A stretch of 64,000 nt of DNA from Candidatus Heimdallarchaeota archaeon (GCA_019057375.1 DXJF01000011.1:32001-96000); one strand, 5' to 3'; positions 37,884-47,671 are shown, counted from the first letter of the stretch. Numbers and translations are program-made. The notes: generated from the letters alone by a model not told the origin.

Positions 37884-39455
37884 TCAGTCATCTAGAGTTA
37901 TAAAATCCGTAAGAAGTTTCTGTTGAGTTGAAAATGTTCCATCTTTAAGTCTCTTAATATCATCTATTATTCTTGAAATTGTTTTTCTGTTTTGATTAGT
38001 AATTTTATGTTTTAATTGTTCAACAAGTTCGTCACTTGAAATTAAAACAAATTTCTTTTCAGAGTTATTCTTTGTTTGTGATTCTACGTACAAGCACCAG
38101 AATTTCACATTTTTGGCATATTGAGGATAAATAACTAAGTCTTTATGTGTTAATGCTAAGGGGGATTTTTTGACTTCTATAATTTCTAATGAACCATCAG
38201 GCTCTTCTATAAGTATTTCGGGTAATATCCAATTTCTTTCTTCAACCTCTGGCGTCTCAATCTTTGGTTGCCACTCCCATTTTTTTCCCTTAAATAGTTG
38301 TTGCGCAATTCTGTGACAAATCCTTTCCCATAGATATCCTATTATCTCTACACCACCCACTAGATTACAAGAAGGACACCCCGATTTGTTATGGACTCTA
38401 TTGTTGATTCTTGCTACCCACACATGTTTAGAATTTTTCGAACATTGCCACCACACTTCTCTGTGAGAACCTCCAATTACTTCTTCTGGTGTCAATCCTT
38501 CATTTTTTGTTGGATGCCACTCTTTTGCTATTTCTGGATAAAGAGTTTGTAGTGAATTAAATGGAGATAATCTTCTATGAGAACATATTGGACAACCTGT
38601 TTTATATGGCCCAGTTCTATGATATACTTTAGAATCCCACACATGTTTAGAATTTTTCGAACATTGCCACCACACTTCTTTATCAGATCCTGCTATTATT
38701 TTTTCAGCTGTAAGTTCTCCATTTAGTGTTGGATGTAGTTCTTTAGCTATTTCAGGAAATTTTGTAGCAAGAGAATTCGTAACTGAGACTTTTTTATTTG
38801 CACAACAAGGACATCCATAACCTCTTCTAGTTCTACTATCAATAACTGCTCTCCAAATATGATCTGGTCCTTTATCACAAATCCAATAAACTCTTCTTCC
38901 TGAACCAGGAGATACTTGATTTGGAAGAATCCCTCTATTCTTATCATAAAACCATTGAGCACCTATTTCTGGGAACAATGCTTCTAAAGATTCTTCTTCT
39001 AAAACTAGTTTTCCTGAACAATATGGACATCCTGATTTATTTATACCGCTTCTATCATTTATTTTAGCAGGCCAGTTATGTTTAGGGTTTTTCAAACATT
39101 GCCACCACACTTTTTCACTAGATTTCATAATTGCGTTTTCAGGAGTAAAATCTCCATTTTTTGTTGGATGCCATTCAGCTGCTACTTCTGGAAAGTTGAT
39201 TGCTAATGAATTTGTAACTGAAACTCTTTTACTAGCACAAAATGGGCATCCTGTAATTTTTTTTACTCCGGTTCTGTTGTTTGGACTAGTTGGCCATTCA
39301 TGGTCTGGTCCTTTCTCGCATTTCCACCAAATTGGTTGTTTGGAACCATAGGAAATATTTTCGGGTTTTAAGTTTCCATTTTTTGTTGGATGCCATTGTT
39401 TAACTAGTTCAGGAAAATCAGCAATAGTTTTAGTTTCAATTTTATTCTTTGACAT
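37884..39455 (-). CDS. Five zinc-ribbon (DUF4379-like) repeats + C-terminal PD-(D/E)XK-like nuclease
   Basis: 5x WHPTKN...VWWQC...H.W...R...GCPxC; C-terminal WILPEILI...IIEVKKS. Confidence 0.75.
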   Translation of the reverse strand: MSKNKIETKTIADFPELVKQWHPTKNGNLKPENISYGSKQPIWWKCEKGPDHEWPTSPNNRTGVKKITGCPFCASKRVSVTNSLAINFPEVAAEWHPTKNGDFTPENAIMKSSEKVWWQCLKNPKHNWPAKINDRSGINKSGCPYCSGKLVLEEESLEALFPEIGAQWFYDKNRGILPNQVSPGSGRRVYWICDKGPDHIWRAVIDSRTRRGYGCPCCANKKVSVTNSLATKFPEIAKELHPTLNGELTAEKIIAGSDKEVWWQCSKNSKHVWDSKVYHRTGPYKTGCPICSHRRLSPFNSLQTLYPEIAKEWHPTKNEGLTPEEVIGGSHREVWWQCSKNSKHVWVARINNRVHNKSGCPSCNLVGGVEIIGYLWERICHRIAQQLFKGKKWEWQPKIETPEVEERNWILPEILIEEPDGSLEIIEVKKSPLALTHKDLVIYPQYAKNVKFWCLYVESQTKNNSEKKFVLISSDELVEQLKHKITNQNRKTISRIIDDIKRLKDGTFSTQQKLLTDFITLDD

Positions 39456-39519
39456 CCAACCAGACCTTTCTTCTTCTTATTCCTGTATATCTAGAAGATT
39501 TTGCTTCTTAAAGTTAGTT

Positions 39520-39540
39520 TCTGATCGAACCAATTTCCAT
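39520..39540 (-). repeat. 21-nt copy of the 23S trailer (putative TnpB guide position)
   Basis: ATGGAAATTGGTTCGATCAGA vs ATGGAAATTGGTTCG-TCAGA at 47330-47310. Confidence 0.8.
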
Positions 39541-39597
39541 ACACATACTATGAAGCTCATCCAAGTTTATTATAACTTGAATAGTCTTGACGAGTAG

Positions 39598-41499
39598 TTA
39601 TCTCGTTCCCCTCGTATGTGGAGAGGGGGAATTTGATTTTAACAATTGCTCACCCTTATCTTTTACATTTTTTGCTGCATTTATGTGAGTATTCACCATT
39701 TTACCACACTTTTTACATTTTGCGATGTCATAAGAACCAATTTTTCTTTCGACTTTTCCTCCACAACCATTATGTTTTGTACTTGTTCCTCTTGGATTAA
39801 CATAAACAAGTTTAACCTTATATCCAAGTATTGAAGACGCTAATAATACTGCTTTTTCAAATATTTCTTGATTATCAGGCATATTGTATATTGCTTTAGC
39901 TAAAGCTCCTCTTTTTCCTCTAGGATCTATTTGAAAGTCTTCGACACAAAGTAGATTACTCTTATTTTTTACAATTTCAGCAGCAATGAAATGAGTTGCA
40001 AAATTTTTAATTTCTTCAAGAATGTTTTTCCTTCTTCTGTAGACTCTGTACAATTCTCCCTTAGTCTTAACATACCCTCTAGTGTCTTTCTTCTTTCCCT
40101 TATTCGTTAAACTATAGCTCAACTGAGGGATAATAACATTTGATAGTTTATTGTATTTTCTAGCTAGAAGCAACAAATTCTTTGATAAGGGCTCTTTGTT
40201 AGAAAGCGCAATCATATGTTCACTAACTCGGTTAATATCTACTCCTATGGATTTTACTTTCTTTGTACTCCCTTTCTTTGACAATTGCTTGAGAAGTTTT
40301 GTACTAAGAAACTTACTGGGAGTTCCTTCTATAATAACAGAAACTCTAACCTTATAGCTAGGTGAACTGTTGCTGCGAATGAGCAATGATCTAATTCGAG
40401 CTCCTTTGTTAAGATATTCTAAGATTTTCTTTGAAAAGATAAGCTTACATGTAATTCTAGGGAATCCTCTAAGAACGAATCCCAACTCGAAATACCCATC
40501 TTTTCTTGCAAGTTCCGTCATAACTTTTGAACTACCAGGTCTGAGAACAACATGTTTTGGACACATAATTAGTTGGATAGGTAATCTTCCTTTCTTTTTC
40601 TTTCTAAATGGTGGATGAACAATTTTAGTTGGGTGAGTTTTCTGAATTATTTCTATAACAGTCTTCTCTAATGTAGAGTAGAGTGCGAAGATCACTATTG
40701 CTCTTAAAGCAGAAAATAGTCTTCTATTTTTCTCACCTATTGATTCAGCAATTCTTTTACTTAAAAATTTCAAGCTTTTCCAACGAGAAGGATGTACAGT
40801 ATTATTCCACGAAGTAAGAAGAGGTGCTACAATATCCGCCTTTAAAGCTAACAAACGTAAGTTTTCTAGAAACACATTTGTTTTTGAATTGATTGGTTTT
40901 GATGTTAGTTCTAGGCATTTGGACTTATTACACTTCTGTATCGCTCTTTCGAATTCTTTCTGTGCTAAAAGTGGAAGCATAGTGTTGAATTTTAATCGTT
41001 GATTGCAAAATTTGTCTATTTGCCTTCTTGTACTGGTTAGTACATTGATTACATATAATCTCTTTACCTTCCATCTGTAGATAAGAATACTTTCAATTCT
41101 AGGACTTCTTCCAAAAATATACCATTCAATTGCTTGCTCTTTCCAATTCGACATTAAATCGAAAAATACTTCAACTTTCCTCTCTAAGGTAACTGTGCCT
41201 TTGGCTGCTAAAAATAAGTAAGTATATGCACTATCAGCAATACTAGGACTCTTCTTTGTGATTCTTTTGATGTTAGTTAAACCCACCATATTCGGCATTT
41301 TGGGTTCATTTCTTGCAATTGATAATGCAGCGTTTATTGCCTTTTTATCATGAATTAAATCTTCTTGTCTGACTTGCAAACCTTTTACTCTTTGGTTAGC
41401 TTCTTTTTCTTGTATTCTACGTTTCTCTCTAGTACCCTCAAACCTAACACCCATTTGATAAGTGCGAGTGACTAATGTTTGCTTTGTTTGAGAGGACAT
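39598..41499 (-). CDS. tnpB: Large TnpB-like RuvC protein (633 aa), no TnpA
   Basis: RuvC-I SIGVDIN, RuvC-II CVEDF, Zn finger HNGC...CKKC, RuvC-III NTHINAAKN (His at the Asp position); hairpin-rich 3' end. Confidence 0.85.
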   Translation of the reverse strand: MSSQTKQTLVTRTYQMGVRFEGTREKRRIQEKEANQRVKGLQVRQEDLIHDKKAINAALSIARNEPKMPNMVGLTNIKRITKKSPSIADSAYTYLFLAAKGTVTLERKVEVFFDLMSNWKEQAIEWYIFGRSPRIESILIYRWKVKRLYVINVLTSTRRQIDKFCNQRLKFNTMLPLLAQKEFERAIQKCNKSKCLELTSKPINSKTNVFLENLRLLALKADIVAPLLTSWNNTVHPSRWKSLKFLSKRIAESIGEKNRRLFSALRAIVIFALYSTLEKTVIEIIQKTHPTKIVHPPFRKKKKGRLPIQLIMCPKHVVLRPGSSKVMTELARKDGYFELGFVLRGFPRITCKLIFSKKILEYLNKGARIRSLLIRSNSSPSYKVRVSVIIEGTPSKFLSTKLLKQLSKKGSTKKVKSIGVDINRVSEHMIALSNKEPLSKNLLLLARKYNKLSNVIIPQLSYSLTNKGKKKDTRGYVKTKGELYRVYRRRKNILEEIKNFATHFIAAEIVKNKSNLLCVEDFQIDPRGKRGALAKAIYNMPDNQEIFEKAVLLASSILGYKVKLVYVNPRGTSTKHNGCGGKVERKIGSYDIAKCKKCGKMVNTHINAAKNVKDKGEQLLKSNSPSPHTRGTR

Positions 41500-41633
41500 A
41501 GTGTAACTGTTAATATTATATGTACTTTCATTTATAAACTGAGAAAAAAAGATGATTCTTCTTGAATTATTATTGTATTACTTCTGTACCATTTATTTTT
41601 GTTTTTTTACTCTTAATAAACAGTACATATGTT

Positions 41634-44093
41634 CTATGATAATTTTAACCAGAATTCAAAATCATCTAAAACTTTGATGTGTTTGTCTCCTACGATTACA
41701 TCTGCAAGAATTTCCAAAGGAATTTCCTCGTTATGTCCTTGGCTTTTAGCTTGAATTATATTCAGAGTGAAATCCCAATCATATGACCTTTTATTATCTA
41801 ATAACAGTTTCTTGATCTCCTTTAAACCTTTTATTCTAATCTCATCGTCATTTTCATGAGCATAAAGATAGAAGTAGTACTCTAATTCAATCGATTCTTT
41901 AAATCTTGATTTTTCTATGTACTTCATAGCTTTATCTAGGTATTCAAACCCTTCTTCCCTTCCTTGAGAAAGAAGTAAAGATGCATAATTAATCAAGTTA
42001 TTTGCATTTTCAGAATCTATCTCATTTGCTTTGTTAAAATACTTCTCAGACATTTCAAGATTCTTGAAATCATGATACATTAGCACTGCAAGTTGTCCCC
42101 AAATCTCTGCATTCTTAGGTTCAATTTTTATTGCTTTCTTCAAATGGGATTCAGCCTTTTTATAATCATTATAAATCTTAGACACGAAATATGAATAATT
42201 ATAATGACCAAATGCATTGTTTGAATCTAACTCAAGTGCCTTCTTATACATCTTTTCTGATTCTGAATAGCGTTTCACTCTTTTCTGCAGGAATATAGCA
42301 TAATAAACATAGTACGTAGAATTTTCTGGAGATTTCTCAATTGCCTCTTTTAGGTATCTCTCCGCTTTTTTATAATCTCCTAATTTCTCTGAATAAAAAT
42401 ATCCTATATCTAGAATATATTCAGCATTTTCAGGATTCAAAACTAGTGCTTGATTATAATATGAATTAGCTTTTTTGATATCCTCTCTTGAATAAGCTAG
42501 AAACCTTGCATAATTTAAAACTCCACGTGAATAATTAGGATTTGTATCAATTGTTTTTTCAAAATACTCCTCCGCTAGATTATAGTTTTTCCGAATTTTT
42601 TCTTGAAATAAAGCATAACCTTCTAAAATTGTTGGCATATTAGGAGATATTTCTAAGGCTCGTTTGTAATACTCTTCAGCCTTTTTATAGTTTTCATCAT
42701 CCTTGACAATTTCCCATAAAAAGCCTGCGTAATTACTTAGGTTTGCAGAACTGTGTGGGTTCAATTCCAATGCTAATTTGTAGAATTCTTCTGCTAATGT
42801 GTGATTCCCCACTATTCTATGCAGGAAACTTGCATAATTTACTACTAAAGCTGGAAATTTTGGGGCAACAGATAGTGCTCTTTTGTATATTTTCTTTGCC
42901 TTTTCGATGTTTAATGTAGACTGTAGGAAGAAAGCATAATTAGTTAAAAGATTGATATTATTTCCAAAGATTTTCAGACCACTTTCATAAATGTCAATGG
43001 CTTTATCAGGATTCTTCCATTTCCATTCGGCAGCCTTCAACTCAACGTATTTCCAAGCTAGTAATTCTTCGCTTAGTTCAGATAAAGCAAACGAAAAAGC
43101 TACTGAAAATTTCTTTTGTTCCTTCGGATTTTTTTGTTCAATATCTTTTGGTATCTCTCCTAATCGTTCATAAAATTGATTAATAAGTCCTTCAATTCTT
43201 TCTTTGTCTGGAAGTTTCAAAGAAAATTCCTTTAGAATCAATAGCATTAGTTCATCAAAATCTCTATGCTGTATCCATACACCATCCCTATCTTTAATCC
43301 AATTACCTAGTTTGGTGTTTGGAAACTCATTTCCTATCCAATAAACTCCCCATGGAAGAGCGCTTTCGGGGAGTTTTGAAAGAATTTCGGCTATGCTCCC
43401 GTCATTTCCACCATATCCCATGAATATAAGTCCTGTATCAGAAAGAACCTTTTGAATAGCTACTTTAGTGTTTTTTGCAAGAGTCTTAGTTTCAATTTCT
43501 GTATTTTTTGGCTCAAGTCTAGCATCACCATGAAGTTTAATGACTAAAGGTTTCACCCTCGAAGATCTTACAAAACCTGCTAAAGTGTCATGCACAATTA
43601 CAAGTGGTTTTTTATTTGTGTATAGATATAATGCATCTGCAATTAAATCATCAAAATTGACAGTCAAAGCTACATTACAATGCTTTCCATATTTTTCATC
43701 TGACATTAAACAAGAAAGGACACCATAACCAAATCCTGGATCTTTTTTATCAATTATGTTCTCAATTTCCTTTTGCCTTTCTTCAGGTTTATGAAATAAT
43801 AATTGAATTATTTTACCATAAAATAAAGCTGCTTGAGAGTCATCATAATTTGGGAGAATCTCTTTGATATTTTGAAGAGAATAATCTGCATCTTTTCCTT
43901 TTCTCTGCCTAATTAATCGAAAGAGCCATCTTTTTGCGAGTTCTCCTGCTGTTGGAATACCTGAAGAAACAGAACACCCCGCTCCAAGAAAGAACACATA
44001 TTTGCATTCTTCATAATTATCCATATTGTATTTGATTTTTCTTATGAATTCTTCAATATCCATCTTTTTTATTTCTATATTTGCTCCTTCCAT
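41634..44093 (-). CDS. SIR2-like domain + TPR array, putative antiviral NADase
   Basis: FFLGAGCSVSSGIP, TVNFDDL, IKLHGD, FMGYGG; many TPRs of type AEEYYKRALEISP. Confidence 0.85.
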   Translation of the reverse strand: MEGANIEIKKMDIEEFIRKIKYNMDNYEECKYVFFLGAGCSVSSGIPTAGELAKRWLFRLIRQRKGKDADYSLQNIKEILPNYDDSQAALFYGKIIQLLFHKPEERQKEIENIIDKKDPGFGYGVLSCLMSDEKYGKHCNVALTVNFDDLIADALYLYTNKKPLVIVHDTLAGFVRSSRVKPLVIKLHGDARLEPKNTEIETKTLAKNTKVAIQKVLSDTGLIFMGYGGNDGSIAEILSKLPESALPWGVYWIGNEFPNTKLGNWIKDRDGVWIQHRDFDELMLLILKEFSLKLPDKERIEGLINQFYERLGEIPKDIEQKNPKEQKKFSVAFSFALSELSEELLAWKYVELKAAEWKWKNPDKAIDIYESGLKIFGNNINLLTNYAFFLQSTLNIEKAKKIYKRALSVAPKFPALVVNYASFLHRIVGNHTLAEEFYKLALELNPHSSANLSNYAGFLWEIVKDDENYKKAEEYYKRALEISPNMPTILEGYALFQEKIRKNYNLAEEYFEKTIDTNPNYSRGVLNYARFLAYSREDIKKANSYYNQALVLNPENAEYILDIGYFYSEKLGDYKKAERYLKEAIEKSPENSTYYVYYAIFLQKRVKRYSESEKMYKKALELDSNNAFGHYNYSYFVSKIYNDYKKAESHLKKAIKIEPKNAEIWGQLAVLMYHDFKNLEMSEKYFNKANEIDSENANNLINYASLLLSQGREEGFEYLDKAMKYIEKSRFKESIELEYYFYLYAHENDDEIRIKGLKEIKKLLLDNKRSYDWDFTLNIIQAKSQGHNEEIPLEILADVIVGDKHIKVLDDFEFWLKLS

Positions 44094-44140
44094 TAATAAC
44101 AGATATTAATTTTCAGCTATATAAATCTGTGATAATACTA

Positions 44141-46858
44141 TTAGAGATGTTTTATTGAATCTTCATTTATTTCTCTTTTACATTTGGGACAAATAGTTTT
44201 AACTTTCATCCATTCTTGAAGATGATTGTTATGAAACGTATGACCACAATCTATTATGTAGACTAAATTTTCTTCTGCTACCATGTAATTCAAACATATT
44301 TCACACTTTCTTGTTTTCTTTCCACAGTTTAAACAAATAAGTGGTCCTCCATCCTTTACTCTTTCAAGCAAAGCATCGCAGAAGTAACAGAATAACTTTT
44401 CATCTTGCTTCTTAATATTGCCAACAGTGCTTTTCTCTTCAGTGATTTTTACCTCTTTCTTAGGATTTTCTTGTAGTCTACTCTGTTTAATTTTTCTGAG
44501 TACTACTCCTTGATTTGTGAAAAACTCTGCAAGTGAAGGTTTGCTCTGTTCCTTTTTCTGCTTTCCAAATCTCATATATCCTATAAACAATATGAAAAAT
44601 AATCCAGAAACAATAACTGACCACGGAAATAGCTTTCCAGAATTATTCTTCTTCAGATAGCTGAATAACAACCATCCAGATATAAAGAAAACATATTTTG
44701 CATATCTGAAAAGGAACTTGTTTTTACTATGAAGATCTTTGTAGAAGGTATTTGTAGAAGAGTTGACTACTACTGAAAACCAAAAGAAAGTAGAAGCAAA
44801 TAGTATGGTTGTAAAAACATTGAACGAGATTTTACCCAAGATAACAAATTCAAACCCAGTATTATCACTGTTAGCTATTGAAACTAATCTCCCAAGAATC
44901 AGAAAGAATCCCACGTTCTTCAGGATTACAAAAACAGCTGCTAATCCCAGTAATACTTTTCTCATGTTACCTAAAATACTGAAATTGAAGAAACGCTCTG
45001 TTTTAATATATCCTCCATTGAATTGAAGTTCGTATTCTTCATCATCAAGTTTTACTTTAGCATTCCTGTTTGTTTCTTTGTTTTTCTTTTCTAAATGTCT
45101 TACTAAAACAATTAATGCTATTGCATCTAGAATGAGACTAATGCTCATTAGAGTTGGTAATGAAGGTTTGAAAGGTTTTGAGTCACTGCTTGGGTTAGGA
45201 AGTTCAAAGGGGTTCGTCGGTGTGACAACTTCTTCAGAAGTAGCTGCGAGTCTGTAGCTAAGCTCCCCTATTGTAACCGATAAACCTTCACCATAGATTG
45301 ATAATATTATTTCTATTTCTTGATAACCTTGGTTAATTTCTATGATTACTCTATCATTGATCGTTTGTTTATCATTGAATGATTGAAAGAAAACCTGATT
45401 ATCGTTTATCTTAATTCGCAGATTGAATTGATCAACAGAAGAGTAAAATTCGTTGTATAAATTCAAGGAGAAAGAAAGATTGAAGGTAGTTGAAGAAGAA
45501 TCAAAATAGAAAACATCTGTGAATTTAACTGTTAAAGGTCCTGTAATTGATGTTTCATAAGTTTTTGAGGAGACCATCGTTTTTTCTAGAGTGCTATTTT
45601 CATCAAGTATAGGAACGGGCTCTATTTCAATAGTACTGGTATTGAGTAGGTAAAAAATACCCTCTCCTGTTGCTATTCCATAAACCCGAAAAGCAATATT
45701 AGAGGAGTAATTTACAGTGTAGGTATCAATAATACTTTCAGGATAGCTGAAATGAATAGCCCCTGAATAGATGACATCGGAATCCGAAAGAATTTCATAA
45801 TTTAAAATAGGTAAGATTGCTGAACCTATATAATCATAATATAACGAAATGAACAAATTCTGTTCACTAATGCTAGAAAAAGGTTTTAGTGATGATAAAT
45901 CAAAGGAATGGTCTACTGAAGGGCCATCGCAGGAAAACCAATCAAAAGATTCTTCTGGAATTTCGTCTTCGAGAAGTTGGAGTTCTCCAAACAAAGCTAT
46001 ATTAGTAAACCATATCTCATCTACACCTAGGTTAACACAGAAATAGAAACGGATTATGTTCGTCCCCTGCTCTAACGGAATAGAAAAAGAGACAATAACA
46101 AAAGGAACTTTAGAAAAACTTGTAGTAGCGATGATTGTGTTATTTATTTCTACTTCTAAATATCGAGAAAGGGCACTAAAGGAATTTGTATTAAAAGAAA
46201 GAGTTACGTTTAAAGTGGTGGAACCATTGATTGAATAAACTGCTGTTTCAACATAATCACTTCTGACACCTGAAAGATCTCCATAATAGCCTATTTGACC
46301 AGGATTACAAGGAAGGGAGGTTAAATTCTTATCAAGAACAGGAATTGTAATTGGTTCTATTGTTGATGAACTTAATATTTGAATAGCGCCAGAATTAAGG
46401 ATATTCGAAGTTTTACCTTCACATGAAATAACAATAATCATTGAACCGATGAAGTTTTGAGGATAAGAAAATGATTTAGAAATAGAGTGTTCATTAGAAT
46501 CCTGATAAATACGGTTAATGTTAATTTCTACTTCAGTAGTGTCCAAATACAAAATAATCGTTAATCCATTTGAGTCAGTCCTATCACCAGAAAAGAGAAA
46601 AAATATAGTTAAACTATTATATTCTTGAAGTTCAAGATTGACTAGTTCAAAAGTAAAATTTTGTTTTACAGAAGTTGAGTCATAAGAATACAGTATATTT
46701 TCATCTATTATAGTAGAGCTATAAATAGAAGGGGGATTAGGAACGTTATTTTGATTTCTTGCAATAGCTAAAGAACTAGTAAAACAAAAGAGTGTTAACA
46801 CTAATAACATGTTTCTAGTTGTGTTTTTCATTATCAGTTTTATAATCCGAAAATTCAT
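44141..46858 (-). CDS. Signal-peptide/ectodomain multi-TM protein with C-terminal Zn ribbon and RING-H2-like finger
   Basis: ~520-aa beta-rich ectodomain, ~5 TM helices, CEIC...CGHTFHNNH..W....CPKC; likely true start ATG 46831. Confidence 0.8.
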   Translation of the reverse strand: MNFRIIKLIMKNTTRNMLLVLTLFCFTSSLAIARNQNNVPNPPSIYSSTIIDENILYSYDSTSVKQNFTFELVNLELQEYNSLTIFFLFSGDRTDSNGLTIILYLDTTEVEININRIYQDSNEHSISKSFSYPQNFIGSMIIVISCEGKTSNILNSGAIQILSSSTIEPITIPVLDKNLTSLPCNPGQIGYYGDLSGVRSDYVETAVYSINGSTTLNVTLSFNTNSFSALSRYLEVEINNTIIATTSFSKVPFVIVSFSIPLEQGTNIIRFYFCVNLGVDEIWFTNIALFGELQLLEDEIPEESFDWFSCDGPSVDHSFDLSSLKPFSSISEQNLFISLYYDYIGSAILPILNYEILSDSDVIYSGAIHFSYPESIIDTYTVNYSSNIAFRVYGIATGEGIFYLLNTSTIEIEPVPILDENSTLEKTMVSSKTYETSITGPLTVKFTDVFYFDSSSTTFNLSFSLNLYNEFYSSVDQFNLRIKINDNQVFFQSFNDKQTINDRVIIEINQGYQEIEIILSIYGEGLSVTIGELSYRLAATSEEVVTPTNPFELPNPSSDSKPFKPSLPTLMSISLILDAIALIVLVRHLEKKNKETNRNAKVKLDDEEYELQFNGGYIKTERFFNFSILGNMRKVLLGLAAVFVILKNVGFFLILGRLVSIANSDNTGFEFVILGKISFNVFTTILFASTFFWFSVVVNSSTNTFYKDLHSKNKFLFRYAKYVFFISGWLLFSYLKKNNSGKLFPWSVIVSGLFFILFIGYMRFGKQKKEQSKPSLAEFFTNQGVVLRKIKQSRLQENPKKEVKITEEKSTVGNIKKQDEKLFCYFCDALLERVKDGGPLICLNCGKKTRKCEICLNYMVAEENLVYIIDCGHTFHNNHLQEWMKVKTICPKCKREINEDSIKHL

Positions 46859-47210
46859 TTATAAACTGAGTAAAACCATATTTACTATATCTGAATCTTG
46901 TTGGGTTTAAATAGATATTTTGCATTTCATTATTGAGATAGATGTTCGTAATTACATTCCTTAAGTCTTTAAGATCAAAGAAAAAAGGGGGACCTATTCT
47001 AGAAGAGATTCTACTTATTGGTATAGCAGTTCTTGTCTTTGCAATAATCTTTGCACTAATTTTTAGCTTAATAGATTGGTCTACATCTCCTTTTGAAGAA
47101 CTTTTCAAGTGAAGAGTTTTTTCTTTCAATTTCAAGAAACTTAGACTTTTAGTGGGTTTATAAGGGGAATTACTATATTTTCTTTGAAGCTAGCAATACG
47201 CAAGATAACA

Positions 47211-47308
47211 TTTTAGTCGATGAACCTCTTTCTATAGCTAGCTTCAATATTTTTCTTAACAAGAATTTTTATTGTAAACCAAAATTAGCTGACAATAACT
47301 CTCCTAGA
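47211..47308. repeat. 98-bp direct repeat, proximal copy (native 23S trailer)
   Basis: Matches 36977-37074. Confidence 0.95.
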
Positions 47309-47309
47309 A
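47285..47309. other. 3' arm of pre-23S processing stem
   Basis: Perfect 25-bp inverted repeat of 50935-50959, adjoining a BHB-like motif (AGA bulge, GGCG/CGUC helix). Confidence 0.85.
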
Positions 47310-47671
47310 TCTGACGAACCAATTTCCATTTTTCCTAACTACGCTTGAGCAATTAGTGATTGTGGGCTAAACATCTCGCCGAAGCTCGACGCGTACACCC
47401 CAATTCTATCAACCGGATCTTCTTTCCGCGCTCTCATCTATATCGAAGGTTACTGTCACCAGTCCCCTTATAGTGATACAGAGTGGGTGACTCGTTTCGA
47501 GAGTAGCTTCGAGCGTTGATGCATTCCGCTCTTATCTACGAGGGCTTAGCTACCCGGCGATACCCTTTAGGATAACCGGTACACCAGAGGCCCCAGCCGC
47601 CTGTTCCTCTCGTACTGTGGAGACTTTACTCTCAATCACCCGCCAGCACCATCAGATAGAATCCAACCTGT

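Larger units (their letters stand above)
37075..47210. mobile_element. 10.1-kb accessory island downstream of 23S rRNA
   Basis: Bounded by the 98-bp direct repeats; defence, nuclease, TnpB and membrane cargo; no integrase seen. Confidence 0.8.

Noticed and set aside
38417-38679. 44-bp exact direct repeat as a mobile-element end
   Set aside because: In-frame coding repeat of the Zn-ribbon protein
46815-47135. 106-aa ORF between the RING gene and the trailer repeat
   Set aside because: TTG start, overlaps the RING gene promoter and start, no motif
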